This document shows positions 60,261-64,000 of a DNA stretch of 64,000 bases, piece after piece. The notes below the pieces were generated by a model that saw only the letters and a list, made by a program, of their open reading frames with translations, had not been told where the DNA came from and did not search any database. Position numbers and translations under genes: made by a program. Source of the stretch: an uncultured bacterium (lineage in GTDB: Bacteria > Verrucomicrobiota > Verrucomicrobiia > Limisphaerales > UBA8199); contig CAVVMW010000010.1 in NCBI GenBank assembly GCA_963749495.1, positions 256,001 to 320,000 of the forward strand, given 5' to 3'. The first letter of the stretch is position 1, and every line of letters starts with the position of its first letter.

Positions 60261-60606
60261 TTAGCGGTACACGGCTTCGACTTGGTGTCGGGGAAGGTCC
60301 AGCACCCTGGAGTTGACAGCGAACAACGGGTCGAGCGGATGGGCGATGCTGATGCGCTTAGCCTCCGCCCCGAGCCGGAACACCTGGGTATCACCGTCGA
60401 ACGAGTGGGACTGGCGGCGCATCTTGAGCAGTTGGGCCAGCCGCGAGGTGCTCAGGGGACGTTCTCATCTCGTGCTTGGTTTCGAGCGTGACCCCTTCAA
60501 TCGGCGTCCGTTCACCAAACGCGGCAACGCGCCGAACCTCGACCAGTTCATCCGGCTCCAGGCCAGAGATGATGTCGCCGGCTGCGATGATCTGATTATC
60601 AATCAT
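60261..60606 (-). pseudogene. Degenerate 5' end of a SNF2-type helicase
   Basis: GDIISGLEPDELVEV..[shift]..FDGDTQVFRLGAEAKRI.IAHPLDPLFAV....PRHQVEAVYR*. Confidence 0.7.
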
Positions 60607-60783
60607 TTTCTGCGCGCGCGTGCGTCCGCCCGATCCTTGTAAAGGGAAAGGGAATGATGTTCGAGCCTTATTTATTGGAGGGTGTTGCGAGATGCATTAG
60701 CCCGGTGGGGCCTTCCAGCCCGTTACTTCTTCCGGTGGCGTGTCCATGGGGCGGTCGGAGACCGATGAGTTGGGGCCGCACGG

Positions 60784-61015
60784 TCACAAGTCGATCGAAT
60801 CCTCGTTCCGTCAACGGAAGTAGTTGCGGAGGGCGTTGGGCAGGCGGATGCTGCGGAGGTTGTGGTGGTCTTCGAACTGGCGAAGGCCTTGGGAATCGCG
60901 GCCCGCCGTGCGGGATCGGTCCCGGGGGTTGAATTCGTGTTGGCTGAGGATTCCCCAGCGGTCGGTGTAGTGGCGGTTCGCCTTACCGCCGTGCCAGTAG
61001 TGGGGGACGTGCCCG
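60784..61015 (-). pseudogene. 3' fragment of a virus-type glycosyltransferase-like gene
   Basis: HYWHGGKANRHYTDRWGIL..FNP.D..DSQGL..LRNYFR*RNEDSIDL*. Confidence 0.5.
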
Positions 61016-61020
61016 GCAGC

Positions 61021-61063
61021 CCCTCACCCCAACCCTCTCCCCGTCTGACGAGGAGAGGGAGAA
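61021..61063. repeat. Half copy of family A
   Basis: ccctcaccccaaccctctcccc..ggagaggg. Confidence 0.8.
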
Positions 61064-61175
61064 GGGCCGGGCAACGTCGTGGCGGATGTTGCAATCGGCG
61101 GCCGCTTCGGCGTTGCGGGCGCGGACGCGGTGTTTGTTGGGTTCCTCCCAGGCCGCGAACAGGGGTTTGAGCGCC

Positions 61176-61455
61176 TCAGCGCTGCGCCAAAACTTCGTCA
61201 AAGCCTTCCCAATCGGCGGGGTCGCCGTGCCCATAGAGGTCGCCGACTCGGGCAACCGGCTTGTCACCTTGTCGCCGGGCTAATTCCGCCGCGCTGAGGT
61301 TGTCAAAAAAACTCCCATGGCGTGGGTCCGGCTGCAGCGAGCCGTCATTGGACCGCCGCAAGGCCTGCTGGACCTGCAAAAACTCCTCATACGGCAGCAC
61401 GGCAAACTGCGGCTCGCCATCTTTCGTCAAAATTTCCGGATGGAGGCTCAATCAT
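61176..61455 (-). CDS. Phd/YefM-like antitoxin (probable 1-nt insertion after MIE)
   Basis: GAGGTG RBS, then MIE-LHPEILTKDGEPQFAVLPYEEF. Confidence 0.65.
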
Positions 61456-61536
61456 AAAATCACCTCGACTTTAGAGCATCCGGGCGTGGTTTTCGAGCGT
61501 TTAATTTGGTGTTGCCGCCTGGCTCACTTGCTCTTC

Positions 61537-61722
61537 ATCCCGGAGGGACGCCTGAGAATAGCCCAACGCTTCAGCGTTGGGTGGTGGGGCCGAGGCGGTC
61601 GAGTCCCGAAGGGACGGCTGAAATGGCGGGCCGCTCAGCCGTCCCTTCGGGACTGGACCGTTTTGGGGCACGCCAACCCAATGCTAAAGCATTGGGCTAT
61701 TCTCATGTGTCCCTCCGGGACA
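61537..61722. repeat. REP-like composite palindrome family D
   Basis: tcccggagggac, aatagcccaacgcttcagcgttggg, gtcccgaagggac / gtcccttcgggac; partial copy at 20043-20079. Confidence 0.85.
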
Positions 61723-61814
61723 GGATCGGGGCGCGGCTTGCGTCTGGATACTTTTGAATTGCGGACTAAAGCCGAAGCACCTCCTTGAGCCTGCTCTTGA
61801 TCTGCTGGCGAATT

Positions 61815-62064
61815 TCATCGTTCCGGCTTCTGGATACCCGCTTTGGCCATGGCCTGCTCAAACTCAAGGCGCTCTTTTGGATATTTGCGGTAGGCGTCGG
61901 CAAAATAGCCGTCCGGACGCAGGGCTTGGAAGCGGCTCGTGACCACCGGCAAGCCGGCGCGAATGGCCATTCTCAGGACGGTCAGCCGGCTTCTCACGCG
62001 TGAGGGAAACGGCGTTCCGCACCTCTGCTGCGAGCTCTTCATCCAGATCAACGCTGGTCTTCAT
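61815..62064 (-). CDS. Small RHH/CopG-like protein, frameshifted
   Basis: MKTSVDLDEELAAEVR..VLRMAIRAGLP..PDGYFADAY. Confidence 0.55.
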
Positions 62065-62081
62065 AGCTCCATTTTTCAAAG

Positions 62082-62853
62082 TCAGCGCAGCCGGCGCATG
62101 AGGCTGCGGGCGCGGCGGACCCAGAACGCGGTCGCGCCTGCGCTGGAAGACCGGGGCGTGGGCGTCATCGGCGACGACCTCGCTGACCTCGGAGCGGGCC
62201 AGGTCGCGCTGGTTGCTGGCCAGGTAAAGCTCGGCCAATTGGACCTTGGCGCGCGGGTAGGAGTGATTGGCGGTGACTTGGAGCCACAGAGTCAGGGCGG
62301 CGTCGGTCTGGCCCAGGGCAGTGAGGGCCTCGGCCAGGGCCATCAGGGAGTGGCCGTAATCATGTTTGGGGTTTTCGGCGACGACGCCCTCGAGCAAGGG
62401 GCGCGCCTCGGCCGGTCTTTTTTGGCGCAGCAGGCATTGGCCCAGGTGGGCGCGGGTGTCGATGTCCGCCGGGTCGCGTTCGAGGGCGGCGCGGTAGCAC
62501 TCCTCGGCCTTCTGGAGTTTGTCCCGGTGGAAATAGATGTCCCCGAGTTGGAAGTAATGGTGCGGCTTGTCCAAGTGGTGGATTTGGGCCTCCAGCTCTT
62601 TGATGCGCCGCCGGTCGGAGGCGCCGGGCAGTTCGAAGCCGCGAGTGGCCGAAGGCGCCGCGCGATAGACGGCAAAGAAGTAAAGCACGGCTGAGAAACC
62701 GAACCCGAAGAAGATGAACACCGCCCAGAGCCATTCCCGGCGGCGCAGGGCATCGATGAACATCCAGAGGCTGAAAAGGAACACCAGCAAGGGCGCCGCA
62801 TAGCCGCTCCAATCCCCTGCGCGCAGCAGTTGCGTGAGCAGCGAGGCTTGCAT
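62082..62853 (-). CDS. Membrane-anchored TPR protein, frameshift near 62125
   Basis: Two N-terminal TMs, TPR motifs, PKHDYG. Confidence 0.82.
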
Positions 62854-62980
62854 GGACCCAGAGCTTAATCGGGCCGGGCGCCTGGCGCAACCAAGGGTTT
62901 TCTGGCTTTGCGCCGGGGGCCGATTGTGCCATGCTCGGGGCCGGCATGAACGGCAGAACACAATCGAGACGAGAATCACC

Positions 62981-64000
62981 ATGAAAACCCACTCCTTGAC
63001 ACGACGGCATTTCCTAGAGCAGACGGGCGGGCTGGCCCTGGCGGCGGCTGCGTTTCCTTCGTTCGTCCCGGCCTCGGCGCTGGGGCGGGAGGGCAACACC
63101 GCGCCCAGCGAACGCGTGGTTGTGGCCGCCATCGGCGTGGGGCCGCAGGGATTGGGCGATATGGGCAATTTCCTGGCCCAAGCGGACGCGCAGGTGGTGG
63201 CGGTGTGCGACACCAAGGCCGATCAACTCGAGCAAGCCCGTCAGGCCGTGAACGGGCATTACCAGAACCAGGACTGCGCCGCTGTGGGTGATTTGCTCGA
63301 GGTGACCGCCCGCAAGGACATCAATGCCTGCCTCATTGCCACGCCCAACCATTGGCACGTCCTGGCGGCGCTCGAGGCGGTGCGGGCGGGCAAGGACGTG
63401 TATGTGGAGAAGCCGCTGGGCTTGAGCCTGACCGAGGACTGGACCTTGCGCCAGGAGGTGCACCGGTGCGGGCGCGTGTTCCAGTTCGGCACGCAGCAGC
63501 GGTCCTCCCGCCTCTTCCGGCTGGCCTGCGAGTTGGTGCGCAACGGGCGCATCGGCAAGCTCAAGCACATCAACGTCTGGGCGCCGGGCAGCGCCCCGGG
63601 CGGCTCCACGCAGGTTGTCCCCGTTCCCAAGGGCCTGAACTACGACCGCTGGCTGGGCCCGGCCCCGTTCCGGCCCCACACGCAGGACCTCTGCACGGCC
63701 GACGGCGTCAAGAAGACCTGGTGGTTCATCTCCGATTTTGCCCTGGGCTTCATCGCGGGCTGGGGCATTCACCCGATCGACATCGCGCTGTGGGGCGGCG
63801 GCGACCTCTTGAACGGACCGGTTGAAATCCAGGGACGCGGCACCTTCCACGCCGAAGGGGCGTGCGACACCGCCACGGTGTGGAACGTGGGGATGAAATT
63901 TGCCAGCGGCGTCACGCTCCAGTACGTGGGCGTTCCCAATGGCGGCAACGCAGACCGGCCCACCCCCGACCCCTGGTTCCAGGCCGACGAATGGAGGCAG
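62981..64000 (+). CDS. Tat-exported Gfo/Idh/MocA oxidoreductase (runs off the window; missing from the ORF track)
   Basis: TRRHFL, ATPNHWH, YVEKP, FGTQQRS, WLGPAP, GWGIHPID. Confidence 0.92.
   Translation, partial: MKTHSLTRRHFLEQTGGLALAAAAFPSFVPASALGREGNTAPSERVVVAAIGVGPQGLGDMGNFLAQADAQVVAVCDTKADQLEQARQAVNGHYQNQDCAAVGDLLEVTARKDINACLIATPNHWHVLAALEAVRAGKDVYVEKPLGLSLTEDWTLRQEVHRCGRVFQFGTQQRSSRLFRLACELVRNGRIGKLKHINVWAPGSAPGGSTQVVPVPKGLNYDRWLGPAPFRPHTQDLCTADGVKKTWWFISDFALGFIAGWGIHPIDIALWGGGDLLNGPVEIQGRGTFHAEGACDTATVWNVGMKFASGVTLQYVGVPNGGNADRPTPDPWFQADEWRQ

Noticed and set aside
1..64000. tRNA, rRNA and riboswitches
   Set aside because: None recognised by eye; a covariance-model scan would be needed to exclude them

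Overview
GC-rich bacterial chromosomal window. The gene repertoire (several Gfo/Idh/MocA oxidoreductases, HEAT-repeat and DUF1080 proteins, a kdsA-lpt-lptB-hprK-ptsH block, a SET protein) suggests Verrucomicrobiota; this is an inference. Contents: (1) a glycoside hydrolase cluster at 2.6-11.5 kb; (2) housekeeping and signalling genes (accD, comF, two Ser/Thr kinases, RluA, DsbD, a TRAP-T transporter, glgC, kdsA, lptB, hprK, ptsH, gatC, asnS, hpnI-like, Dus, YraN, a beta-CASP hydrolase); (3) two decayed accessory islands at about 22.3-31.8 kb and 59.3-62.1 kb, holding toxin-antitoxin genes and remnants, prophage fragments, an intact-looking HNH-HIRAN gene and an apparently complete 818-nt ORF-less group II intron with a perfect EBS1-IBS1 match; (4) many palindromic (REP/MITE-like) and 7-12-mer tandem repeats. 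These repeats nest inside one another and appear to supply start codons, signal peptides, internal loops, stop codons and one translationally coupled ORF to host genes. About a dozen genes carry single-base frameshifts, most likely long-read consensus errors. All family assignments come from motif recognition by eye; no database search was run.
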